Of a DNA stretch of 64,000 bases, positions 42,478-51,708 are shown piece by piece. The stretch is from assembly GCA_963769935.1 (NCBI GenBank), contig CAVYNY010000022.1:352001-416000 (forward strand). The letters run 5' to 3'. Position 1 is the first letter of the stretch; the number at the start of each line of letters is the position of its first letter. A program made the position numbers and the translations under genes. The stretch comes from an uncultured delta proteobacterium. GTDB lineage: Bacteria > Desulfobacterota > Desulfobacteria > Desulfobacterales > JAFDCJ01. Below the pieces are notes generated by a model that saw only the letters and a program-made list of their open reading frames with translations, was not told where the DNA came from and ran no database searches.

Positions 42478-43230
42478 ATGAGACTAAAAACGAAACGTGC
42501 TTTAATCACCGGTGGAGCACAGGGAATCGGTTTGGCTATTGCGCAGAGATTCTGCAGGGAGGGTGCACAGGTCTGGCTTGCAGACATGAACCGGGAAAAG
42601 GGTATCGCTGCCGCGTCAGCACTGCAGGAGAATGGTGGCACGGCTGCCTTTGTATATCTCGACGTCAGCGACGATGCCAACTGGAATCAGGTGTGCGCTC
42701 AGATCGAAGAGGAAGCGGGCGGCATAGATATTCTGGTAAACAATGCCGGTATCAACATTCGTAAAGCGATCGAGGAGATGAGCGGAGAGGAGCTTGACCG
42801 CATGTACGCGGTCAACATCAAGGGACCGTTTCTCGGCATCAAGCATGTGCTGCCGATCATGAAGTCGATAGGCGGAGGATCCATTATCAATATGTCGTCC
42901 GTCTGCGGCCTTATCGGCCACCTTTACACGCCTGAGGCGTATACGACGGCGAAAGGGGCGTTGACCACCCTTACCAAGGCGGTAGCCTCCCGGTACGGAA
43001 AGTTCAATGTGCGCTGCAACTCCATCAATCCGAGCACTGCCGATACCCCGCTGGTGCAGGAGATGCTGAAGAATCCCGAGTGGAAGCAGGAGCGTCTGGG
43101 GGAGGTGCCGCTCGGCAGGATGGCAGGTCTTCATGACATTGCGGCGGCGGCACTCTACCTGGCCTCGGAAGACGGCAGTTTTATCAATGGCGTCGCACTG
43201 CCCGTCGACGGGGGCGTCACGGCTTATTGA
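42478..43230 (+). CDS. SDR family NAD(P)-dependent oxidoreductase
   Basis: 'TGGAQGIG', 'LVNNAG', 'YTTAK', 'VDGG'. Confidence 0.92.
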   Translation: MRLKTKRALITGGAQGIGLAIAQRFCREGAQVWLADMNREKGIAAASALQENGGTAAFVYLDVSDDANWNQVCAQIEEEAGGIDILVNNAGINIRKAIEEMSGEELDRMYAVNIKGPFLGIKHVLPIMKSIGGGSIINMSSVCGLIGHLYTPEAYTTAKGALTTLTKAVASRYGKFNVRCNSINPSTADTPLVQEMLKNPEWKQERLGEVPLGRMAGLHDIAAAALYLASEDGSFINGVALPVDGGVTAY

Positions 43231-43267
43231 CCGCGAGCCTGCACACAGAAGATGGCGGTGAAGGACA

Positions 43268-44017
43268 GTGGTTGTTCAGGCAGCGGGACGAGCCGGGGAT
43301 GAGCACGTGAATACCATTCCAATAAAAAATATAAAAAGCGAGAAGGTTCATGCCCAGATATATGAGCAGATAAAAACGCTTTTGCTGGACGGCCACTGGA
43401 AGGCCGGGGAGAAGATCCCCTCGGAAGCGGAGCTGTGCCGTATGACCGGCGTCAGCAGAGTATCGGTCAGGACAGCGCTCAAATCCCTCATCGCCCAGGG
43501 CTTTCTGGTCTCGCGTCAGGGGGAGGGCACCTTCGTGGTGGACGTCTCCGTCGACATGAACATGGAACTGCTGGTGCCGATAATCGGCCTGGACAAACGC
43601 AATATTCTCGAAGTCCTGCAGTATCGCAAAATTCTTGAAGTGGGAATCGTCCCCCTCATCTTCAAGAACCTTACCGAGAGCAATCTCGTGGATCTGGAGA
43701 GAAACCTGGTTGAGCTCGAGCAGACGCCGGAAGAAGAAATCGCCACAATTACCGAGCTGGATCTCGAGTTTCACCGCCTGCTCTGTCAGATCTCAGGAAA
43801 CTCCTTGATCATCAAAGTGAACAGGATCCTGGGAAATCTTTTCAGAAAATCAATGGAAGATGTGGTGATTGCGCTGGGCAACCAGACCGGAAGGAAGTAT
43901 CACAGAAGAATTTTTGCAGCCATAAGCGAGGGGGACCAGCAGAAAACAGCGGCGCTGGTAGAGGAGCATATCGAGAATACCATAGAGAGCATTGAACGGG
44001 CGAAACAAAAAAAATAA
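43268..44017 (+). CDS. GntR/FadR-family regulator (start possibly GTG 43307)
   Basis: 'GEKIPSEAEL', 'GVSRVSVR', 'QGEGTFV', FCD 'DLEFH'. Confidence 0.9.
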   Translation: MVVQAAGRAGDEHVNTIPIKNIKSEKVHAQIYEQIKTLLLDGHWKAGEKIPSEAELCRMTGVSRVSVRTALKSLIAQGFLVSRQGEGTFVVDVSVDMNMELLVPIIGLDKRNILEVLQYRKILEVGIVPLIFKNLTESNLVDLERNLVELEQTPEEEIATITELDLEFHRLLCQISGNSLIIKVNRILGNLFRKSMEDVVIALGNQTGRKYHRRIFAAISEGDQQKTAALVEEHIENTIESIERAKQKK

Positions 44018-44079
44018 GCCGTGGCGGGCGTTTCGATCACGGATAAAAACCAACAACAAACCAGAGGTGAGAAGAGAAA

Positions 44080-44718
44080 ATGGACGAGTCAAAAATGATA
44101 GAAGAGCTGATCACATACAGTAAAATCCTCTATGAACGCAAACTGATTCACGCCACCGGCGGCAACACCAGCGTGCGTGACGGTGATGTCGTCTGGATCA
44201 GCCAGACAGGTGCAAGGCTCGGCGAACTGAAGGAAAGCGAGGTCGTAAAAGTCGACCTCAACGGTACGGTGCTCGGCGGCAGCGCCCCCTCCAAGGAAAT
44301 GGGAATGCATCTGGCCATGTATCGGGCCAGGAAGGAGGCACGAGCCGCAATCCATGTCCATCCTACCTTTTCCATTGCCCTGTCGACGCTGATAAGCGAA
44401 GAGACAAAAGATGCCGTGCCGCCGTATACCGCAGCCTTTTATGTACGGGCGGGAAAAGTGCCGATGATCCCGTATCACGCCTCGGGCTCTCATTCCCTCC
44501 ACGTCGCGGTGGAAGCGCTTGCGCCGAAATACCACGCTCTGCTGCTGCGCCAGCATGGCCTGCTCGTTTCCGGAAAGGATATGGCCGATACGCTCGGCAT
44601 TGTCGAGGAGATCGAACAGTGCTGCCAGGTGGCCGTTGCCGTCGGCAAGACGGGAGAGTATCTCAAGGAATCGGAGCGGGCGGCAATTGATGAGGCAATG
44701 GGTAGAACCTGGGAATAA
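44080..44718 (+). CDS. Class II aldolase/adducin family (OtnC-like decarboxylase)
   Basis: 'GGNTS', 'PSKE..MH', 'HVHP', 'LLRQHG', 'EEIE'. Confidence 0.85.
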   Translation: MDESKMIEELITYSKILYERKLIHATGGNTSVRDGDVVWISQTGARLGELKESEVVKVDLNGTVLGGSAPSKEMGMHLAMYRARKEARAAIHVHPTFSIALSTLISEETKDAVPPYTAAFYVRAGKVPMIPYHASGSHSLHVAVEALAPKYHALLLRQHGLLVSGKDMADTLGIVEEIEQCCQVAVAVGKTGEYLKESERAAIDEAMGRTWE

Positions 44719-44739
44719 TTTTTCATGTGAAGGTACACT

Positions 44740-46098
44740 ATGAATCCACTATTGATGGCTTTTTACGGAGATGATTTTACCGGGTCCGCCGATGCCATGG
44801 AGGCGCTGACCATAAATGGCGTCAGAACCGCCCTGTTCCTCGGTCACCCAACCCAGGAGAGACTCAACAAAAGCCTGGCGGATCTGCAGGCGGTGGGTAT
44901 TTCCGGCGTCAGCCGGACGATGACGCCAAAACAGATGGATGATGAACTGCCGGATCAGCTGGCGCTGCTCAACAGCCTCAACCCGCGGCTGCTCCACTAC
45001 AAGGTGTGCGCCACGTTTGATTCTTCTGCGGCAATAGGCTCTCTCGGACATGCCGCCGATATTGCCTTTACCGTCATGAATCCCGATTACGGGGTTATTG
45101 TCCAGGGGGTTCCCCTGCTTGGTCGCTACATCGTCTTTGGCAATCACTTCACGGTATATGGCGACGAACGGTACCGGCTTGACCGGCATCCGGTGATGAG
45201 CAAGCACCCGATCACGCCGATGAGCGAGGGCGATCTGAGGGTACATTTTGCCACCATGTCGAAGAAAACGGTAAAGCTTATCGATCTGCTTCATCTCGGT
45301 GAATCCTACGAGGCGCTTTCTGATCGGTTCGACCGCTATGCGAAGGAAAACGACATTATTCTCTTTGATACCCTGGATGACAACCATCTCCTGCAGATTG
45401 GCAGGCTGCTGCATGACAAGTCTGCCAACGGCAGTATCTTCGCCATCGGTTCCTCCGGTTTTGAATATGCCATGGCCACCTACTGGCGTAAAAAGGGAAT
45501 TGTCGACAAACCCAAGGATTTTCCATCCATCGGGCCGGTTGAGCAGCTGATCGTCATGTCCGGCAGTGCGGCGGAAAACACAGCCGAGCAGATCAGATAT
45601 GCCGTTTCGCACGGGTTCGAGGGGATCACCTTGAACACCGATCTTCTCGTAGATGACCAGACGGCGGCAGACGAGAGAAACCGGGTCATCAGCAAGGGGC
45701 TTGAATTTCTGAGAAATTTCAAGAATATACTGATCTCCGCAACAATAGGTCCTGATGACCCGATCATCAAAAAAACGAGAGACAGAATCAGGGAACTTGG
45801 CATTGATGCCAGTGAAACCGGGAAAATCATCGCCAAACAGCAGGGCCTTATCCTTCGGGCGCTGTTATCGGAAACCGGTCTTGGCAGGATCTGTGTTGCC
45901 GGTGGGGACACCTGCAGTTATTCGCTGCGCCAACTGGATATCCACTCGCTGGAATTGTTGATGCCGATTGCTCCCGCAGCGCCGCTGTGTCTCGCTTTTT
46001 CCGACAACCCGTCGTTTGACAGGCTGCAGGTTGCCTCCAAAGGCGGGCAGATTGGTGCGGTTGACTATTTCATACAGGTATTGGAGGGCAGGAGATGA
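44740..46098 (+). CDS. Four-carbon acid sugar kinase (DUF1537; OtnK/DtnK/OiaK family)
   Basis: 'YGDDFTGS', 'YKVCATFDS', 'HPVMSKHPITPM', 'GGDT', 'KGGQIG'. Confidence 0.9.
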   Translation: MNPLLMAFYGDDFTGSADAMEALTINGVRTALFLGHPTQERLNKSLADLQAVGISGVSRTMTPKQMDDELPDQLALLNSLNPRLLHYKVCATFDSSAAIGSLGHAADIAFTVMNPDYGVIVQGVPLLGRYIVFGNHFTVYGDERYRLDRHPVMSKHPITPMSEGDLRVHFATMSKKTVKLIDLLHLGESYEALSDRFDRYAKENDIILFDTLDDNHLLQIGRLLHDKSANGSIFAIGSSGFEYAMATYWRKKGIVDKPKDFPSIGPVEQLIVMSGSAAENTAEQIRYAVSHGFEGITLNTDLLVDDQTAADERNRVISKGLEFLRNFKNILISATIGPDDPIIKKTRDRIRELGIDASETGKIIAKQQGLILRALLSETGLGRICVAGGDTCSYSLRQLDIHSLELLMPIAPAAPLCLAFSDNPSFDRLQVASKGGQIGAVDYFIQVLEGRR

Positions 46099-47138
46099 CA
46101 AAAACCATGAAGGCCCTGGTACTCGAAGAATACAACAAACTCGTCTACAAGGATATGCCGGTTCCGGGTATCAGCGAAACCGAGGTGCTGATCGAGGTGA
46201 AGGCCTGCGGTATCTGCGGCAGCGATGTTCACGGCATGGACGGGAGCAGCGGCAGGAGACATACCCCGCTGATCATGGGGCATGAGGCCTCAGGTATTAT
46301 TGTTGCCCGAGGAGAGCAGGTGAGCTCTTTTTCTGAGGGTGACCGGGTTACGTTTGATTCCACCATCTATTGCGGGAAATGTTTCTACTGCCGGAAGGGA
46401 CTGATCAACCTCTGCGATAACCGTAGGGTGCTCGGCGTTTCCCCGAAGGAATACCGCCAGCATGGAGCCTTCGCCCAGTATGTGGTTGTACCGGAACATA
46501 TCCTCTACCGCTTGCCGGATGGGCTGTCCTTCGAACAGGCGGCGATGGTAGAGCCGGTTTCAATCGCCTTCCATGCGGTCAATCTTACCCCGATTTCCCT
46601 CAACGACAGTGTCGTTGTGATCGGTGCCGGCATGGTCGGGCTCTTTGTCGTGCAGGCCTTGCGGGCAGCTGGGTGCGGAACCATAATTGCCGTTGATATT
46701 GAACAGAGCAAGCTTGATACGGCCCTGAAGCTCGGTGCCGACCATGGTCTGCTGGCCGGAGCGGTCGATGTCCCGGAAGCAGTCAGAGGCCTGACTGAAA
46801 ATCATGGAGCGGCGCTGGCGGTAGAGGTTGTCGGCAATACTGCCGCTGTCAATACGGCGATCTCCTCTCTGCGTAAAGGCGGCTCCCTCACCATCATCGG
46901 CAATCTTTCGCCAACAGTGGAGTTCCCGCTGCAGGAAGTGGTTACCAGGCAGATCAGCGTTAACGGTTCATGTTCATCCTGCGGTGAGTATCCCGCCTGC
47001 CTTGACCTGATTGCCCGCGGGGTGATCAATGTTGACGAGATGATCAGCAAGGTGGCGCCGCTGGCCGAGGGTGCAGACTGGTTCCGGCGCCTGTATAACC
47101 AGGAGAAGGGGCTGATGAAGGTGATTCTGCAGCCGTAG
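46095..47138 (+). CDS. Zn-dependent polyol/sugar-acid dehydrogenase (MDR family)
   Basis: 'CGICGSD', 'GHE', 'CGKCFYC...C', 'GAGMVG'. Confidence 0.9.
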   Translation: MTKTMKALVLEEYNKLVYKDMPVPGISETEVLIEVKACGICGSDVHGMDGSSGRRHTPLIMGHEASGIIVARGEQVSSFSEGDRVTFDSTIYCGKCFYCRKGLINLCDNRRVLGVSPKEYRQHGAFAQYVVVPEHILYRLPDGLSFEQAAMVEPVSIAFHAVNLTPISLNDSVVVIGAGMVGLFVVQALRAAGCGTIIAVDIEQSKLDTALKLGADHGLLAGAVDVPEAVRGLTENHGAALAVEVVGNTAAVNTAISSLRKGGSLTIIGNLSPTVEFPLQEVVTRQISVNGSCSSCGEYPACLDLIARGVINVDEMISKVAPLAEGADWFRRLYNQEKGLMKVILQP

Positions 47139-47573
47139 GGTTTCTCCTCATATCTCGAAAAAACCGGCCGGACCGCAGCCAGGAGCCATTCCGGCACAGT
47201 CCGGCCGGTATCCTCTGCTCAACACGATTGTTCTCCGCCGCCGCAGCACGGTCAAACGACCAGACAGGACAGATGCCGCCCCATCTGCGATGAGCCCTTT
47301 TTTCTTTTCGAATTGAATTGAATTTTCGTGTAAAATAAAATCATTATTCTTGTATTCGTGCTTTTCTCGGCGTGGCAGATTTTTGGATGGCGGCAGCGGT
47401 TGAGGTGAGCTGAGCGATATATCAGTGCAGAGATGGGCGGAAAATGCTCGGAGAATCCCGGAATATCTCTCTAGTGTTTCAGATCATAGCCCGTTCGCCT
47501 ACAGCTTCGCTGTTGAGTTCCTTGTCGGAAGAAGGTTCTGCCGGCAGGCGGAGCTGGAAACGGTCGACAAATC

Positions 47574-48898
47574 TTACACACAGATGAAGGATTCGGTGGG
47601 CGGGCTATTGGTTCGCGGGGGCGGTCTGTGTTTAACATCCCATAAGTCCAGGTGCGTGAGGATTTTTTTGACGAGCTGCTCTTCCTCGATAAATGAAATT
47701 ATTTTCATAGACCCCAGGCACTTAGAACACACCAATGGATTAATCCCGCCGGGGCGGGATAGATTTTCTGTATCAAACGAGCCCAGCTTTTACGGAATTC
47801 TTTAGATGAAAGCTCAGATTCAATCAACGCCGGGACTACATCATCGGTGCTGGCTTTTTTGCGTAAGCCGCGCGATTTATTGGAATAAAATCCATAATAT
47901 CTGACCATTTGCTCGCCACGGTTCGGGATATGGGCGGTCAGCTGTGCGAGCCAATCCAGAGCATCAAACGTTTTACTGGTCTTCCCATCCTTTGACTCAT
48001 AAATGACTTTTGCCACGCCGTTGGCTGATTCACCAGCCGCAATATATGTCATGCGCTCTTGGGAAAAGGAGGCTCGAATAATATAGCGCGCCAGGTTTTC
48101 CAGGCCGTCTTCATTGTGCGGCCAAATGGCTTTACCACAGTACACGTGGAATCCGCTGTGACGCCAATTCATCATATTCTCGATGATGACATCCGTGATT
48201 TTGCCTTCGGCTTTGAGCATTTTGAACACTTCATAGCGAAACAGCTTTTCAAGCTCACCGGTATCAGGTGATGGGCATACCATGAAGGCGTTATCGTTGT
48301 AAAAGCAGCCATCGGTGGCCAGCACATGTAAATGCGGATGAAAATTTTGAAAATCACCAAACGACTGAACGGCGACTGCAGCACCGGCTTTGGCATCATC
48401 ATAGGCTATCGCTTGGGTTAAATACAAGTTCAGCACTTTCCAGGCGCAACGGCTCAGTTTTGTGAGCAGTTTACGGTCAAACATGAAATAGATCCGCAAT
48501 CTTTTTGGAATGCTGAATACCCATTGCCGGTGCGGCACATATTTTAGCACTTCTGTGCATAACCATTCGCCGAATTCCACCACCCGTTTCTGATGGCATG
48601 ATGGACAAAAATGGCGACGCTTGCATGAAAATGCCAACAAATATTCATGGCCGCAATCTTCACATTTAACGCGCGCAAAGCCAAAATGTAAATCCCCACA
48701 ATCCATATAGCGCTGAATGACATCCGTCACATAAGGCCGCCAAAAGCCAAAGCGGCGCTGATAACGATCATCCCAGACAGCTTCCAACTGTTCAAAATGA
48801 TCTTCGACGCAGCGGTAATAGGCGCTTGCCTTGGGATTGCGCGGTTGATAAACATCAAAATCAATTGTAGTAGGGCACGCGTTTAACATATTGACCAA
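47574..48898 (-). mobile_element. IS91-family (Y2 rolling-circle) transposase, frameshifted near the C-terminus
   Basis: 'CGDLHFGF', 'SCKRRHFCPSC', 'HPHLH', 'YIIR', 'VRYYG'; tail NPLVCSKC..MKIISFIE..ILTHL lies in another frame after a palindrome at 47743-47760. Confidence 0.9.
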
Positions 48899-49206
48899 TC
48901 CAACACGGAAAATACGAGTACCCTACACGATCAAAATGTATGCGTAAATGTAAATATCTATGTATATATAAATCGATATTTTTTAAAAGTCTTTTTATTC
49001 GAATCATTCATTTTCAACCAATACGATAATCTGTAAAATTCCCAAGAATTTACCGTGCAATAATGGAACAATCTCTTTGCTGAGATTTAGAGCGCCTGAG
49101 CTGAATATATGGAAAATTGATGCGATCAGGTTTTTGGGGAAGAATGCAGATAGGAACTTAGAGGAAACAAAACTGTGCCAAAATCGATCGCTTTTGTTGA
49201 GTCACA

Positions 49207-50559
49207 TTATTTTCTGCCTTGCTGCCGGAATATAGCTTCCGTAATCGCATCTAAAAATTCAGGAATGTCCCAAGGCGCCCTAGCTGTTACTATTCTACCC
49301 TCTATAACAGCTGACCAATCGCCATTATATGTTCCACCCATGATAGGAACAATATCTATAACTTGGGTAATACCAGCAGCCTTCTTGCCTTCAAGAATGC
49401 CGGCAGCTGCAGAAGCTATAGTTCCGTGACAAATAGTTGCAACGATCTTACCAGCGCTATAAGCTTCTTTTAGAAATTTTTCATTTCCAGTCGAAACTAT
49501 GTTCCACGGACCAAATCCACCAGGTACCACAATGACATCAAAATCCAAAGTACGAATGTCTTTTAATGCACAAATCTTATATCTGCTTGTAGGAACTTCT
49601 TGTATAGGAATAGTAGTACCAACACTACCCATAACTATATCTAATCCTATGCCTCCAGTGCGGGCTCTTTGTGCAGTAGGAAAAGTACCGAAGGTTACCT
49701 CAGCGCCTCGATACAATAATTCCAGGAAGGGAACACACATTTCAATATCTTCATAATCTTCGCCGGCAATAAATAATACTCTTGTTCCTTTTAAGCTATC
49801 CTTTCTTGGATCCGTAAACTTTGGGTCGACCATTTTAGCTAATTCTCTAACGAATTCAGGAGTATCAACAGTATTTTGAGCGGTAATTAGTTTGCCGTCA
49901 ACAACAACAGCTGCATCAGTATAAGTACCTATCCTTTCAAGCATCATTTTAACAACTCTGCTACCAGTGGATTTTTTGCCATTCATGATGCCGACACGGA
50001 TATACGGCATGGTACCTTCACCAATAGCACCCATGATAGCACCGCTATCAGAACAAGTTTTTACAAAATCCCAAACTGCAGATTCTGACAGCATGATATC
50101 GGCGGAATGATTACCTAAAACGACAAGTACATCGTAATCCTTAGGATCAGCATCTTTCATGCTCTTATACGTCCCACCCTTATCAAAAGCTATGGTTTGG
50201 ATAGGATCTACATGTAATCCCCATTGACCTTCAACGCCTTTGGTAATTACTGCAGGTCTTGTATTTTTCCAAAAAACCCAGTCAACCAAGATCCATTCGA
50301 TAGTTCCACCAAATTCGCCTACATAATGCAATAATTCGTAAGCTTGATAATCACTAAATTCAGCAGCAATGAGTAAACCTACTTTTTTTCCTACCAATGG
50401 ACCTACTGGTTTTCTTTGCCCACCATATTTTCCTTCTCTTCCGTCCCATATTGTTGCAGTACCATCTTGAAAAACTCTAACGCCTGTTTTCTTTACAGCT
50501 TCCATAAAGCTTGTTGACTTTGGTAATGTTTTATTCATAAATCCTTTTTTCATAACCAA
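49207..50559 (-). CDS. Double-domain DJ-1/PfpI family protein
   Basis: Two repeats; the second has 'YEDIE', 'VPGG', 'ICHG'; the first has 'AIGEG' without the Cys; visibly AT-rich. Confidence 0.85.
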   Translation of the reverse strand: MVMKKGFMNKTLPKSTSFMEAVKKTGVRVFQDGTATIWDGREGKYGGQRKPVGPLVGKKVGLLIAAEFSDYQAYELLHYVGEFGGTIEWILVDWVFWKNTRPAVITKGVEGQWGLHVDPIQTIAFDKGGTYKSMKDADPKDYDVLVVLGNHSADIMLSESAVWDFVKTCSDSGAIMGAIGEGTMPYIRVGIMNGKKSTGSRVVKMMLERIGTYTDAAVVVDGKLITAQNTVDTPEFVRELAKMVDPKFTDPRKDSLKGTRVLFIAGEDYEDIEMCVPFLELLYRGAEVTFGTFPTAQRARTGGIGLDIVMGSVGTTIPIQEVPTSRYKICALKDIRTLDFDVIVVPGGFGPWNIVSTGNEKFLKEAYSAGKIVATICHGTIASAAAGILEGKKAAGITQVIDIVPIMGGTYNGDWSAVIEGRIVTARAPWDIPEFLDAITEAIFRQQGRK

Positions 50560-50609
50560 TCCTCAATCCATGCTGAACAAATTAATTTTATCCAAAGCCC
50601 GCAAAAAGC

Positions 50610-51665
50610 TCACACATTTCCCCGGCTTCTACGCACGCGGATCGCGTCGACCAGCACAGCAAAGAAGATCATCAAGCCTCCCACCATGTCTACGTAGAAC
50701 GCCGAGATGTTGGTGATTTGCAGCGCAACTTTGACGACCGTGAGCAAGAGCACACCTCCGAGCATTCCGATAACTCGGCCTCGACCACCATAAAGTGAGA
50801 CGCCACCGATTATCGGTGCGGCGATTGCATAGAGCAAAAGATCCCTGCCAACGGTCCTGTTGATGCCGTTGAGCCACGACGTGACTAGAAAGCCAGCCAA
50901 GGCTGCCATAGTTGCGGAAACGATGAAGGCCTGAATCTTCGTCCTACTTACGTTGATACCAGCCGTGAACGCGGCGCGTGGGTTACCTCCCACGGCGTAG
51001 ATGCGGCGGCCCCATGTTGTGCGACTCAGCACGACTGCGGCGATGGCATAGACGAGCAGGAAAGCAGCGGGCATGATCGGCCATCCGCCGACACGCTCAT
51101 TCCCGATAAGGAGATAGCCGGGGTTCTCAACAACCTTTGTGGCACCTCTCGTCACTGCTAACAGCGCTCCCTGGAGTACAAGGCCCATGGCAAGCGTCTC
51201 AATCAGTGAGTTCATTCCTATCTTGGTTACGCAGAACCCGTTGAACAGTCCGATACCTGCGCCGGTCGCCAGTACCGCTAGTAAAGCAATTGCGGCAGGC
51301 ATATTGCCGTTTGGCTCAACCAGTATGACGCCTACCCATCCGGCGAACCCAAGGACGCCGATAACCGACAGGTCGATATCTCCGATGAGCAGGGTGTGCG
51401 AGACCCCTAAAACAATCACCCCGAGCACGGTGGCCTGGATCAAAATGTTCTTTAAATTCGCGATAGTGAGGAAGAAGTCATTCGCGTAACCTGCCCCGAA
51501 AGAGAAAAGGATGATGAGCAGCCAAACAACGTTGTCCAAGAGCCGATCGACGATCAAACGGCTCTGCAGCCCGCTTATGAAACGAGCCGGCCAACCTCGG
51601 GTCTCGATAGGGATGGCAAGTTTCACTGGCTCTTCTTTTTTCACTGCTGTCTCTTGTTGCCTCAT
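50610..51665 (-). CDS. Sugar ABC transporter permease (RbsC-like)
   Basis: 'GDIDLS', 'GRRIYAVGGN..AA..AGI', 'IIGGVSL.GGRG'. Confidence 0.92.
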   Translation of the reverse strand: MRQQETAVKKEEPVKLAIPIETRGWPARFISGLQSRLIVDRLLDNVVWLLIILFSFGAGYANDFFLTIANLKNILIQATVLGVIVLGVSHTLLIGDIDLSVIGVLGFAGWVGVILVEPNGNMPAAIALLAVLATGAGIGLFNGFCVTKIGMNSLIETLAMGLVLQGALLAVTRGATKVVENPGYLLIGNERVGGWPIMPAAFLLVYAIAAVVLSRTTWGRRIYAVGGNPRAAFTAGINVSRTKIQAFIVSATMAALAGFLVTSWLNGINRTVGRDLLLYAIAAPIIGGVSLYGGRGRVIGMLGGVLLLTVVKVALQITNISAFYVDMVGGLMIFFAVLVDAIRVRRSRGNV

Positions 51666-51708
51666 CAGCTACCTCATTGCGCCCTTTCGCGTTACGGAGG
51701 GCAGATCC

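Noticed and set aside
49149..49159. Third oriIS-like motif (gataggaactt)
   Set aside because: The adjacent sequence shows no similarity to the other two ends; may be chance
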